Shown: positions 1 to 10,300 of the stretch, one piece after another
Position numbering within the stretch: position 1 is the stretch's first letter
Layout of the letters: the number at the start of each line of letters is the position of its first letter
DNA from: Pelagomonas calceolata
Lineage: Eukaryota
Assembly: GCA_918797485.1 (NCBI GenBank)
Contig: CAKKNE010000001.1
Location: 2,604,001 to 2,668,000 of the forward strand
Direction: 5' to 3'
Length of the DNA: 64,000 nucleotides
Translations under genes and position numbers: made by a program
The notes under the pieces: model-generated
The model's database searches: none
What the model saw: the letters and a program-made list of their open reading frames with translations, nothing else
Told to the model about the DNA's origin: nothing

Positions 1-2729
1 CGTCGAAACGGCCCCGGCCGCGCTCGGGGCGGCGCGGCGGCGCGCCCTCTGCGCGCGGGGCGCGCCCGGCGCGGCGGCCTGCGCGCGCGCCGCCGTCGTC
101 GTCGCGCCGGGGGCCGCGCGGCCGGGCGCCGATGCTGTCGTCGCGCTTTGCGCGGGCGCGGTCGACGCAGCCCCCGGCGCGTGCTTCGCCGCCGCGGCGC
201 GGCGCGCGGCGCCGGCTGCCTCCGCCTGCAGCGCGGCGCGCGACGGCGCGCCCGCGGCGTGCCTCGGCGCCATTTTAGGCGCGCGGCGTCTCGCCACCCG
301 CGACCGCGCCGCGGCGGCAGCGCTCTGCGCCGCGGCGCCGGGCGCGGTCGCCGCGTTAGCGCGCGCGCGCGTCGCCCGCGCGAACAGCAGACAGCCCGCG
401 CGCGCCGCTCCCGCGCTTGGCGCGTCCGCGCTTGGCGCGTCCGCGCCCGCCGCGGTGCCTCCGCCGCCGCCCGCCGGGACCGCGGCGCTGGACGCCGCGT
501 GCGTGGCGGCCGCCGCGCGTGCGCTCGGCCGGGACGCTGGTGCTGCCGTCGTCGTGATTTGCCGTGGCGCCGCTGCCGACGCGGGTGGCTGCGTCGCTCG
601 CGCGCCGCGCGGGCTCGTGGCGGCCGATCGCGTCCGCCTCTGCGGCTCGCTCGCCGCCGAACGGGTCGGCGTCATTGAACGCGACAGCTTCCACGTTTTC
701 CGCTTCTTCCTTCGCGGTGCGCAACTACGGAGAATGGCCACCGCACCCCCGACGCGCCGCAGGTCTTCGGCAGCCACGATTCACCCGCGGGCGGAACGAG
801 CGGCGGCGCCGCGGAGGATCGCGCCGCGTGCGCCACCGCCGGAGTCCGCGGCGGTGCCACCGCCGCCGGCGCGGCGCAGCTCTGCGCGGCGGCCACCGGC
901 GGCTCGCCGACCCATTGCGCCGCGACGGCGGCCGGCGGGCCGGCCGCGGCCGCAGCCGCCGCGCTCTGCGCCGCCGCGGCCCCCGCGGCGCCAGACGCGC
1001 CGGCCGTTTGCGCGCGCGCTATCGCGCGCGGTCTCGCGACGCGCGGTCGGCCGGCGTCGCCGCGCGATCTCGCCGCTCTCTGCGCCGGTGCCGGCACCGA
1101 CCTGTGGGGAACTCAAAGGCGCCTTCGATGTGGGTCGTTGTCCCGTTTGAGTGATTGTGGCTTTGCTCTCCATTGGTCGAGTGAGTCTCTACAGGGGAGC
1201 GAGCTCAGCCGGAAGCATGGCCGCGGTTCCAAGATAGCGAGACGCAAATAATTCCCAGGACAACCTGACTCGCTGGTCAATTTTCACGCAGGTGCCGAGT
1301 GGTTCGACGTCGCCGCGTGCGCCGTCGCCGCGCGTGCCGCCGGTGCACCGGCGACCGAGGCCGGCGCCGCGTGCGGCGGCGGAGGCGCGGCCGCCGCGCA
1401 AGCGTGCGGTGTGGCGGCGCGCGTCCGTGCGCCGCGCCTCGCCGCGCGCGCGCGAGCCGCGCTCTGCGCCGGCGCGCCCGCCGCGCGGCCTGAGGCGCCC
1501 GCCGTGTGCGCGGCGGAGCTCCTCGCCGCCGCCGCCGCCGCTGCCCGCGACGCCGTCACGGCATGCCGCGGCGCCACGTCGGTCGCGCCAGCGCGCTGTG
1601 CGCGTGGGTGCCTCGGCACGTCGCGCGCGGCGGCGGCCGCGTGCCGCGGCCGCCGCGGCCTCGAGGCTTGCCGGCGCGCGCCGCGGCGGGCTGCCGCGGC
1701 GCTGGCCATCGGCCGCGTCGAGCCCCCGGCGCCGACGGCCGGCGCGCCGTTCACGCTCACCGTCCGGGTCGTCGACGCGCGCGGGGCACCCGTCGGCGCG
1801 GAGGCCCCGGCCGCGGGACCGGTCGTTGCGATCGTCTCGGCGGCCGCCGTCGGTCCCGGTGGCCGCGGCGCGCCGCTGCTCGGCGCGCGCACCTCTGCCG
1901 CGCGGGGGGACGTCGCCACGTTCGCACCGCTCCGCGTCGATCGTCCCGGCACATACGTTCTGCGTGTCGCCGCCGCGGGCCTCGCGGCCGCGGCAGCCCG
2001 CGTGACGGTCGCACCGGACCCCCTGGACGCCGCTGTCGGCGCGTCGCCCGGCGGCCGCTGCGCGGCCGCGCTCGTCGACGCCGCGCGGTGCCCCCCCCGC
2101 GCGGCGCCGCCGCCGACGCCGCCGGGCGCCGCCGCCGCCGTCATCGCCCGCGTCCCGGCAGGCGCGCTCGTCGCGCGGGGGGCGGTCGCCGGCTGCGCAC
2201 CGCTGCTCACCGCCGCGGGCTTCCGCTGCGACGAGGCCTCCTGGGCTCCCCGGCCCTGGGTAGCCGCGCGCGCCGGCCTCCTCTGGCTCGAGGCGGCGGC
2301 ACTAGACCACGCGCGGCCCGCGCGCGCCGCCGCCGCCGCCGCCGACGGTGGCGGCGCTCGCGTTGTCCCGTCCGACGCCAACGCGCCCCTCGAGCGCCTC
2401 GGCCTCGCCACGCCGCCCGCGGACGCCGCGGCACTCCGCGCCGGCCCGCGTGGACGTCCGTGGTTCTCGAGCTTCGCGGACGACGAGTTACTCCGGTCGG
2501 CGCCCCCGCAGGTGCCGCCTACCGCTCGGCCGCTCGGTCGTGGCACCCCGACCGCTGGACCACAACGCGGCCGCGCTACCGCGCGGCCGCCGCGGAAAAC
2601 TTCGCCCGCGTCGGCGACGCGTACGCCCGCCTCCGGGACGACGCCCGTGTGCAGCGTATAAAGAAAGAAAGAAAGAAAGAAAGAAATATAAATAATAGGA
2701 GATTGAGAATTTGCTCTACCGTTTCTTGA
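1..2729 (+). CDS. 3' part of a spliced gene: Cys-repeat (LCxxA...PxxC) protein with an Ig-like domain and a C-terminal DnaJ J-domain; predicted exons <1-664, 763-1087, 1292-2437, 2512-2729
   Basis: Hand translation shows a recurring LCxGA/LCAAA...PxxC motif (ALCAGAVDAAPGAC, ALCAAAAPAAPDAPAVC, ALCAGAPAARPEAPAVC) that switches frame at lower-GC stretches bounded by splice dinucleotides. Intron phases are compatible (0, 1, 1). Splicing 1087/1292 rebuilds DLAALCAGAEWFDVAAC. Splicing 2437/2512 rebuilds LERLGL...ADAAALRAAYRSAARSWHPDRW...AAENFARVGDAYARL. Stop TGA at 2727-2729; the true 3' end is uncertain because the tail runs through an (AAAG)n tract. Confidence 0.7.
665..762 (+). other. predicted spliceosomal intron (GT-AG, 98 nt, phase 0)
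   Basis: cgg|gtcggc...gccgcag|gtcttc. Lower GC than the flanks. Removal joins the two Cys-repeat reading frames. The donor position is less certain than the acceptor. Confidence 0.55.
1088..1291 (+). other. predicted spliceosomal intron (GT-AG, 204 nt, phase 1)
   Basis: gccg|gtgccg...ttttcacgcag|gtgccg. Pyrimidine-rich acceptor and a sharp GC drop. Removal restores the LCAGA motif in frame. Confidence 0.75.
1699..2020 (+). other. Ig-like beta-sandwich domain (bacterial Ig-like/invasin-type pattern)
   Basis: Translation AGAPFTLTVRVVDARGAPV...LLGARTSAARGDVATFAPLRVDRPGTYVLRVAAAGLAAAAARVTV matches the remembered pattern AG..F.V.V.V.D..GN...G.ATF..L.I...G.Y.L.A...GL. Recognised by eye, not searched. 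Confidence 0.6.
2386..2632 (+). other. DnaJ J-domain (HPD motif at 2544-2552)
   Basis: LERLGL-x-AAALRAAYRSAARSWHPDRW-x-AAENFARVGDAYARL follows the canonical J-domain consensus (LGV...I.KAYR.LA..WHPD...A...F..I..AY..L). Confidence 0.8.
2438..2511 (+). other. predicted intron splitting the J-domain (GC-AG, 74 nt; alternative GT donor at 2450 gives the same frame)
   Basis: Acceptor cccccgcag|gt. J-domain helix I is in the frame of ORF 1411-2661 and the HPD motif is in the frame of ORF 1506-2729. Both candidate donors are phase 1. Confidence 0.65.
2660..2686. repeat. (AAAG)6-7 microsatellite
   Basis: aaagaaagaaagaaagaaagaaagaaa read directly. It marks an abrupt switch from GC-rich to AT-rich sequence. 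Confidence 0.95.
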
Positions 2730-2862
2730 CGTCTCTTTTTAGGCGCCGGCTGGGTATCCTAGCCGCGCAGGGAGAAGGCCTCTAGAGGCTTGGTGTATGT
2801 CCTTTTTCTTTAGGATATTTCTTCCTTAATACGACCCGTCGCGGGCGAAACAATTCTGGAAC

Positions 2863-3190
2863 GTGGTGTTCCAGAAAACGGCGAAAGACGTCCATCGCGC
2901 GATTGAGTTGTGGGCGAACGAACAGAAATCAGAGACAACTTCCGATCCGGTAGCCGTAGCGACGACGTTCCGCGACAATTACGAGAGAATCGGCGCCGAC
3001 ACACCGCCCCGCGGTAACACGTTCTGCGAGTCCGCGCGCAGACGTCAGGATGAATGCGTCGCCGAGATCGCGCGTCTACCGAGGCATAGAGGCCCCGCCG
3101 GCGGACGCATCAATACCGACGAACTTCGGATGCTCATCGGACGCCTGAAGTACGGGAAAGCGGCCGGCATTGACGCCATTACCATGGGGT
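2863..3190 (+). mobile_element. truncated non-LTR retrotransposon (LINE-like) ORF2 fragment
   Basis: RINTDELRMLIGRLKYGKAAGIDAIT resembles the IT..EV..AI..LK.GKAPGPDGI motif just upstream of the RT core in LINE ORF2 proteins. The similarity stops right after the motif and no RT core follows. Confidence 0.55.
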
Positions 3191-3814
3191 TTGTGACGGG
3201 GAATTGCGTCCGTCAATAAAAGTGACTCAGGATGATAATAGTTAGGAGTGAGAGGCGACTTCCCCCTACTAAGGGGATATCGGAGTACCCTAGGATGGGA
3301 AGTAGCCTAAGCGGGTAATACAAGTACGGGTTGTGCTTGGATACGTCTCAGTTGAACCTTGGGATCCTACTAGACGTGTATTTCCATTGCACTCAAACCA
3401 CGTGCGGCAGGGTGAATTACATACAGACGCTTAAGGGGCTCATTGTGATCTTCCACGAAAGCCTTGCATTCAAACAACGTGTGTTGGATCGTCTCCGAAT
3501 CACGGGAATCGCAACAACATAGCATGACATAGAGAGATGGAGATCAAGGGAAGAACATTACATTTCTGTTACGATTCTACGACTAGTGGACGGGTCCCCT
3601 GGGGGGAGACACCGCGCGTCGCCGATTCATCGGCGGCGGGCATGTGCCACGTCAGAGGTTGCGCAGTCAATGGCTTCCTCCCCATGTTCCCGGCCATGCA
3701 CCCGGTCTGCGTGATTGGTCTGTTGTACTAGACCACTGTGGATAGTCTAGTCTAGACCTAGTTCTGTTGAAAACCGCCAATATCTGTTGAAAACATTTAA
3801 ACATTCTTGCTACC

Positions 3815-4300
3815 TCAGTTTATTACCACAAAGCTAAGCGAATATGCAGTAGTGCAGGCATTTTGGCCAGCATTATAGACTACAATAGTTGCAGATCCGC
3901 CCGAAGTGCCAGGATTTGAACTAACAACCACAATGTGCCCGCCAGTGCATGTGGTCTTCACGTTGACAAAAACCAAGGATGTTGTTACTATTCGTGAATT
4001 AGTTAAAGTGATGGTTTGTGAGCTTCCGCTAGGAACCAAATCACTGCTATCTGAGGTAATTTTACCCGTCATTTTATTTAATGTGACTGCACCGCTTGAA
4101 ACAGTGCCCGAATCATACTCAAACCCATAGACGTAGCTAGAATCAAAGGTAACACCGTTGGAACCACCCTCTAAGGTAAGCGTTGTACCTGCCTCGACAG
4201 TAATTGTAGATGACGCAGCGATAGTGACAGTGCCGGTATCAACTATAAAGGATGTTGCGGATATTGTCAAAGTTGCAGCACCATTTGTTGGATTCTTTAC
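3815..4300 (-). other. non-repetitive C-terminal cap of the giant protein: 8-aa periodic beta segment plus ~100-aa beta-rich terminal domain
   Basis: ...TVTIAASS TITVEAGT TLTLEGGS... followed by GAVTLNKMTGKITSDSSDL...TITLTNSRIVTTSLVFVNV...GSATIVVYNAG...YSLSFVVIN*. Two Cys residues. Confidence 0.75.
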
Positions 4301-7300
4301 ATAGGTCGACCCCGTGGTGCCACCGGTTGATGCTCCGGCCTTGATCTCCACGTTCCCACCGGTGCCGACAGATGCACCGCCGCTGATATAAACCGCACCT
4401 CCGATGCCGCTCGTACCACTGCCTGCTGAAATGCTCACCAAGCCTCCACTACCACCTGTTGCTGTGCCACTACCTATTAGAATAGCGCCTGAGTTGCCCC
4501 CATTTGCGCTGCCCGAGCTAAAGACAAGCCGTCCACTTGAACCAGAGACGCCAGCATTTGCACTCACAAAGAAAATTGCACCACTCGATCCTTGCGTGCC
4601 TTCTCCGCTACATATTACAACTCTGCCACCGGAAGAATGTGTGGACCGTCCCGCCGTGAGAGCTATTGCGCCTCCGCTTCCGCTTGTCCCAGAACCAACC
4701 TCAAAATTAATATCTCCACCTCGGCCTCCCGTAGCAGCACCAGACCCTATAATGATTGCTCCGCTGTTTCCATCCTTTGAACTCCCTGAGCTGAAAATCA
4801 GCCGCCCAGTTGAGCCAGCAACGCCAGCATTTGCAGTCTTTACAATGATGGCACCACTTGATGTTGCTGTACCCTCTCCTGACTGCATGCATATTAGACC
4901 GCCTGTCGCAACAGTGCTTCTTCCTGAGCCGAAGGACAAATGACCACCGGTACCACTAGTACCACTACCCACTGCTATGCGAACGCTGCCACCACGACCA
5001 CCTGTCGCTGCGCCAGACCCCAGTAACAGGGCACCAGAATTTCCCTCTGCTGAACACCCAGAACTGAAGCTCAAGTGCCCACTCACTCCACTCGTTCCGC
5101 TATTTACGCTTCGTAGTACTACTTGCCCACTGCTCTTTCCTGTGCCTTCGCCCGACGCCATCACCATCATGCCACCAGTCTTTACAATACTACGGCCTGC
5201 TGCGAGTGAAATTGATCCACCAGAACCGCTACTTCCACTACCTACTGAAATGACTATCCCACCGCTCCGTCCTGTAGTTGCTGCTGCGCTTCCAATGAGA
5301 ATCGTGCCAGTATTGCCACCACAGGCAGAGCCCGAGCTAAAGACCAGTGCCCCACTTGTACCTTGGGCGCCAGAGTTAGCTGTTTGGATTACTATGGTTC
5401 CGCTGCTCGTCTGTGTACCCTCGCCACTGGCCAAAGAGAGCCCCCCCCCACTCGCAGCCGTGCTCCGGCCCGATTTAAAATGTAATTGACCACCAATCCC
5501 ACTTGTGCCGCTACCAACTGCGGCAGAAGCAGTTCCTCCGCTACCCCCCGTGGCTGTGCCAGAACCAAAAAGCAGGGCGCCGCTGTTGCCCATTTTTGAT
5601 GTACCAGAGCTAAATACCAGTCGGCCCGTTGTGCCTGTTGAACCACTGTTCGCAGAGAAAATCAAAACGGCACCACTGCTTGTAGCTTGTCCCTCCCCAC
5701 CTCTGATAAGGACAAGCCCACCCGTACCAGAAGTGCTTGATCCGCCACGCACAAATACAGCTCCGCCGATCCCGCCCGTAGAACTCGACCCTCCATTTAT
5801 GCATGCACTGCCACCAGTTGCTCCAGCTGCGGAAGTCTGACCTGCTGTCATCAATAGCATTCCACCCGTGCCACTATCACCAGCGCCAACAGTGAGTGAA
5901 ATTGCACCACCTCGACCTGCAGTCGCCACACCACTACTCAAGGTGATTGATCCACTATTACCCGAAGTTGAGCCACCAGTGGAGAGCAAAATACACCCAG
6001 ATGACCCTGTAGTGCCCGAGTTCGATGTTCTGATCGTAATTTGACCGCTGCTTCTTGCAGAGTTCTCTCCACTGTACATGTTGATAAGGCCTCCTGTAGC
6101 AACTGTACTACATCCTGCCTGAAGTTGCAACTTGCCACCCGTACCTGAAGTGCCGCTGCCAACAGCTACATGAACATCCCCACCACGACCTGCAGTGGCT
6201 GTTCCACTGCCGATGAGAATAGCTCCAGAGTTGCCGCTCTTAGTAGTGCCAGTGCTGAAAGCAAGACAACCACTGGTCCCGACGGCCCCACCATTTATCG
6301 TGGCGATTATGACTGCGCCACTTGACGACTGCGTACCTTTGCCACTGCTCAAAATGATAGAACCACCTGTCTTTTTCATCGACTGACCCCCTAATGTGGC
6401 TACCGCCCCCCCGGCGCCGCTCGTGCCGCTGCCGACCGAGATCGAGACCCCGCCGCCCCGCCCGGCGGTCGCGGCCCCGGTCCCGACGCGGATCGCGCCC
6501 GTGTTTCCGCCGCGGGCCGACCCGGAGCTGAAGACCAGCACGCCGCTCGCGCCGCTCGCGCCGGAGTTTGGCGTCGAGATCGCGACCGCTCCGCTGCTCG
6601 TCTGCGTGCCTTCGCCGCTCGTCGCCGAGACCGACCCGCCCGTCGCGATCGTGCTTCTCCCCGCGGCCACCGCCAGCTCCCCGCCGGCGCCGCTCGTGCC
6701 GCTGCCGACCGCCAGCCGGACGGAGCCGCCGCGGCCGGCCGTCGCCGCGCCGGACCCGACCAGCACGGCCCCGCCGTTGCCCGCCTTCGACGTCCCGCTG
6801 CTGAAGGCGAGCCGCCGCTCGCGCCCGAGGTTCCCGCGTTCGCCGTCGCCACCACGACCGCGCCGCTGCTCTTCGCCGAGCCGGCGCCGCCGCGGACGCT
6901 CAGCGCCCCGCCCGTGGCGCCGCTCGAGGACCCCGACTCCATCGCGAGCTCGCCGCCCGCGCCGCTCGTGCCGCTGCCGACGGCGAGGCTGATCGCGCCG
7001 CCGCGCCCGGCGGTCGCGGCCCCCGTGCCGATCTCGATCGCGCCGCTGTTGCCTGTCTTGGAGGTGCCGGTGCTGAAGACCAGCGTCCCGCTCGCGCCGC
7101 TCGCGCCGGCGTTTGCCGTGGCCAGCCTGACCGCCCCGCTCGACGTCTGCGTGCCCTCTCCGCCGCGGAGGGCGACCGCGCCGCCCGTCGCGACCGTGCT
7201 TCGTCCGCTGATTGCGCGAGAGCGCCGCCCGGCGCCGCTCGTGCCGCCGCCCGACGCCGGCGACAACGCGCGCCGCGCCCGCGGCCCGCGGTGGCGGCCC

Positions 7301-10300
7301 GGAGCCGAGCCGGAGCTCGCCAGAGTTGCCCGTCGTCGAGGAGCCGGAGCTAAAGCTCAGTCGTCCGCTCGTGCCGCCCGTTCCGCCGTTGGCGCTCCGC
7401 ACCGCGACCCGTCCGCCGCTCGTCGCCGCGCCCTCGCCCGACGCGACCGCCAGCGCGCCGCCCGTCTTCCCGGCGCTCCGTCCGCCGGCCGCGCTCAGGG
7501 CGCCGCCGGCGCCGCTCGTGCCGCTGCCGACCGAGATCGAGACCCCGCCGCCCCGCCCGGCGGTCGCGGCCCCGGTCCCGACGCGGATCGCGCCCGTGTT
7601 TCCGCCGCGGGCCGACCCGGAGCTGAAGACCAGCACGCCGCTCGCGCCGCTCGCGCCGGAGTTTGGCGTCGAGATCGCGACCGCTCCGCTGCTCGTCTGC
7701 GTGCCTTCGCCGCTCGTCGCCGAGACCGACCCGCCCGTCGCGATCGTGCTTCTCCCCGCGGCCACCGCCAGCTCCCCGCCGGCGCCGCTCGTGCCGCTGC
7801 CGACCGCCAGCCGGACGGAGCCGCCGCGGCCGGCCGTCGCCGCGCCGGACCCGACCAGCACGGCCCCGCCGTTGCCCGCCTTCGACGTCCCGCTGCTGAA
7901 GGCGAGCCGCCCGCTCGCGCCCGAGGTTCCCGCGTTCGCCGTCGCCACCACGACCGCGCCGCTGCTCTTCGCCGAGCCGGCGCCGCCGCGGACGCTCAGC
8001 GCCCCGCCCGTGGCGCCGCTCGAGGACCCCGACTCCATCGCGAGCTCGCCGCCCGCGCCGCTCGTGCCGCTGCCGACGGCGAGGCTGATCGCGCCGCCGC
8101 GCCCGGCGGTCGCGGCCCCCGTGCCGATCTCGATCGCGCCGCTGTTGCCTGTCTTGGAGGTGCCGGTGCTGAAGACCAGCGTCCCGCTCGCGCCGCTCGC
8201 GCCGGCGTTTGCCGTGGCCAGCCTGACCGCCCCGCTCGACGTCTGCGTGCCCTCTCCGCCGCGGAGGGCGACCGCGCCGCCCGTCGCGACCGTGCTTCGT
8301 CCGCTGATTGCCTCGAGAGCGCCGCCGGCGCCGCTCGTGCCGCCGCCGACGCCGACGACAACGCCGCCGCCGCGGCCCGCGGTGGCGGCCCCGGAGCCGA
8401 GCCGGAGCTCGCCAGAGTTGCCCGTCGTCGAGGAGCCGGAGCTAAAGCTCAGTCGTCCGCTCGTGCCGCCCGTTCCGCCGTTGGCGCTCCGCACCGCGAC
8501 CCGTCCGCCGCTCGTCGCCGCGCCCTCGCCCGACGCGACCGCCAGCGCGCCGCCCGTCTTCCCGGCGCTCCGTCCGCCGGCCGCGCTCAGGGCGCCGCCG
8601 GCGCCGCTCGTGCCGCTGCCGACCGAGATCGAGACCCCGCCGCCCCGCCCGGCGGTCGCGGCCCCGGTCCCGACGCGGATCGCGCCCGTGTTTCCGCCGC
8701 GGGCCGACCCGGAGCTGAAGACCAGCACGCCGCTCGCGCCGCTCGCGCCGGAGTTTGGCGTCGAGATCGCGACCGCTCCGCTGCTCGTCTGCGTGCCTTC
8801 GCCGCTTCGTCGCCGAGACCGACCCGCCCGTCGCGATCGTGCTTCTCCCGCGGCCACCGCCAGCTCCCCGCCGGCGCCGCTCGTGCCGCTGCCGACCGCC
8901 AGCCGGACGGAGCCGCCGCGGCCGGCCGTCGCCGCGCCGGACCCGACCAGCACGGCCCCGCCGTTGCCCGCCTTCGACGTCCCGCTGCTGAAGGCGAGCC
9001 GCCGCTTCGCGCCCGAGGTTCCCGCGTTCGCCGTCGCCACCACGACCGCGCCGCTGCTCTTCGCCGAGCCGGCGCCGCCGCGGACGCTCAGCGCCCCGCC
9101 CGTGGCGCCGCTCGAGGAGCCCGACTCCATCGCGAGCTCGCCGCCCGCGCCGCTCGTGCCGCTGCCGACGGCGAGGCTGATCGCGCCGCCGCGCCCGGCG
9201 GTCGCGGCCCCCGTGCCGATCTCGATCGCGCCGCTGTTGCCTGTCTTGGAGGTGCCGGTGCTGAAGACCAGCGTCCCGCTCGCGCCGCTCGCGCCGGCGT
9301 TTGCCGTGGCCAGCCTGACCGCCCCGCTCGACGTCTGCGTGCCCTCTCCGCCGCGGAGGGCGACCGCGCCGCCCGTCGCGACCGTGCTTCGTCCGCTGAT
9401 TGCCTCGAGAGCGCCGCCGGCGCCGCTCGTGCCGCCGCCCGACGCCGGCGACAACGCCGCCGCCCGCGGCCCGCGGTGGCGGCCCGGAGCCGAGCCGGAG
9501 CTCGCCAGAGTTGCCCGTCGTCGAGGAGCCGGAGCTAAAGCTCAGTCGTCCGCTCGTGCCGCCCGTTCCGCCGTTGGCGCTCCGCACCGCGACCCGTCCG
9601 CCGCTTCGTCGCCGCGCCCTCGCCCGACGCGACCGCCAGCGCGCCGCCCGTCTTCCCGGCGCTCCGTCCGCCGGCCGCGCTCAGGGCGCCGCCGGCGCCG
9701 CTCGTGCCGCTGCCGACCGAGATCGAGACCCCGCCGCCCCCGCCCGGCGGTCGCGGCCCGGTCCCGACGCGGATCGCGCCCGTGTTTCCGCCGCGGGCCG
9801 ACCCGGAGCTGAAGACCAGCACGCCGCTCGCGCCGCTCGCGCCGGAGTTTGGCGTCGAGATCGCGACCGCTCCGCTGCTCGTCTGCGTGCCTTCGCCGCT
9901 TCGTCGCCGAGACCGACCCGCCCGTCGCGATCGTGCTTCTCCCCGCGGCCACCGCCAGCTCCCCGCCGGCGCCGCTCGTGCCGCTGCCGACCGCCAGCCG
10001 GACGGAGCCGCCGCGGCCGGCCGTCGCCGCGCCGGACCCGACCAGCACGGCCCCGCCGTTGCCCGCCTTCGACGTCCCGCTGCTGAAGGCGAGCCGCCGC
10101 TTCGCGCCCGAGGTTCCCGCGTTCGCCGTCGCCACCACGACCGCGCCGCTGCTCTTCGCCGAGCCGGCGCCGCCGCGGACGCTCAGCGCCCCGCCCGTGG
10201 CGCCGCTTCGAGGAGCCCGACTCCATCGCGAGCTCGCCGCCCGCGCCGCTTCGTGCCGCTGCCGACGGCGAGGCTGATCGCGCCGCCGCGCCCGGCGGTC

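Noticed and set aside
356..1173. Minus-strand gene suggested by ORFs 356-724, 672-1097 and 781-1173 and acceptor-like motifs
   Set aside because: The splice phases did not join coherently, and the plus-strand model explains the region with a consistent Cys motif.
3331..3731. Two short plus-strand ORFs (63-64 aa) and a 7-bp inverted repeat at 3727-3751
   Set aside because: No recognisable motifs, and the sizes are compatible with chance.
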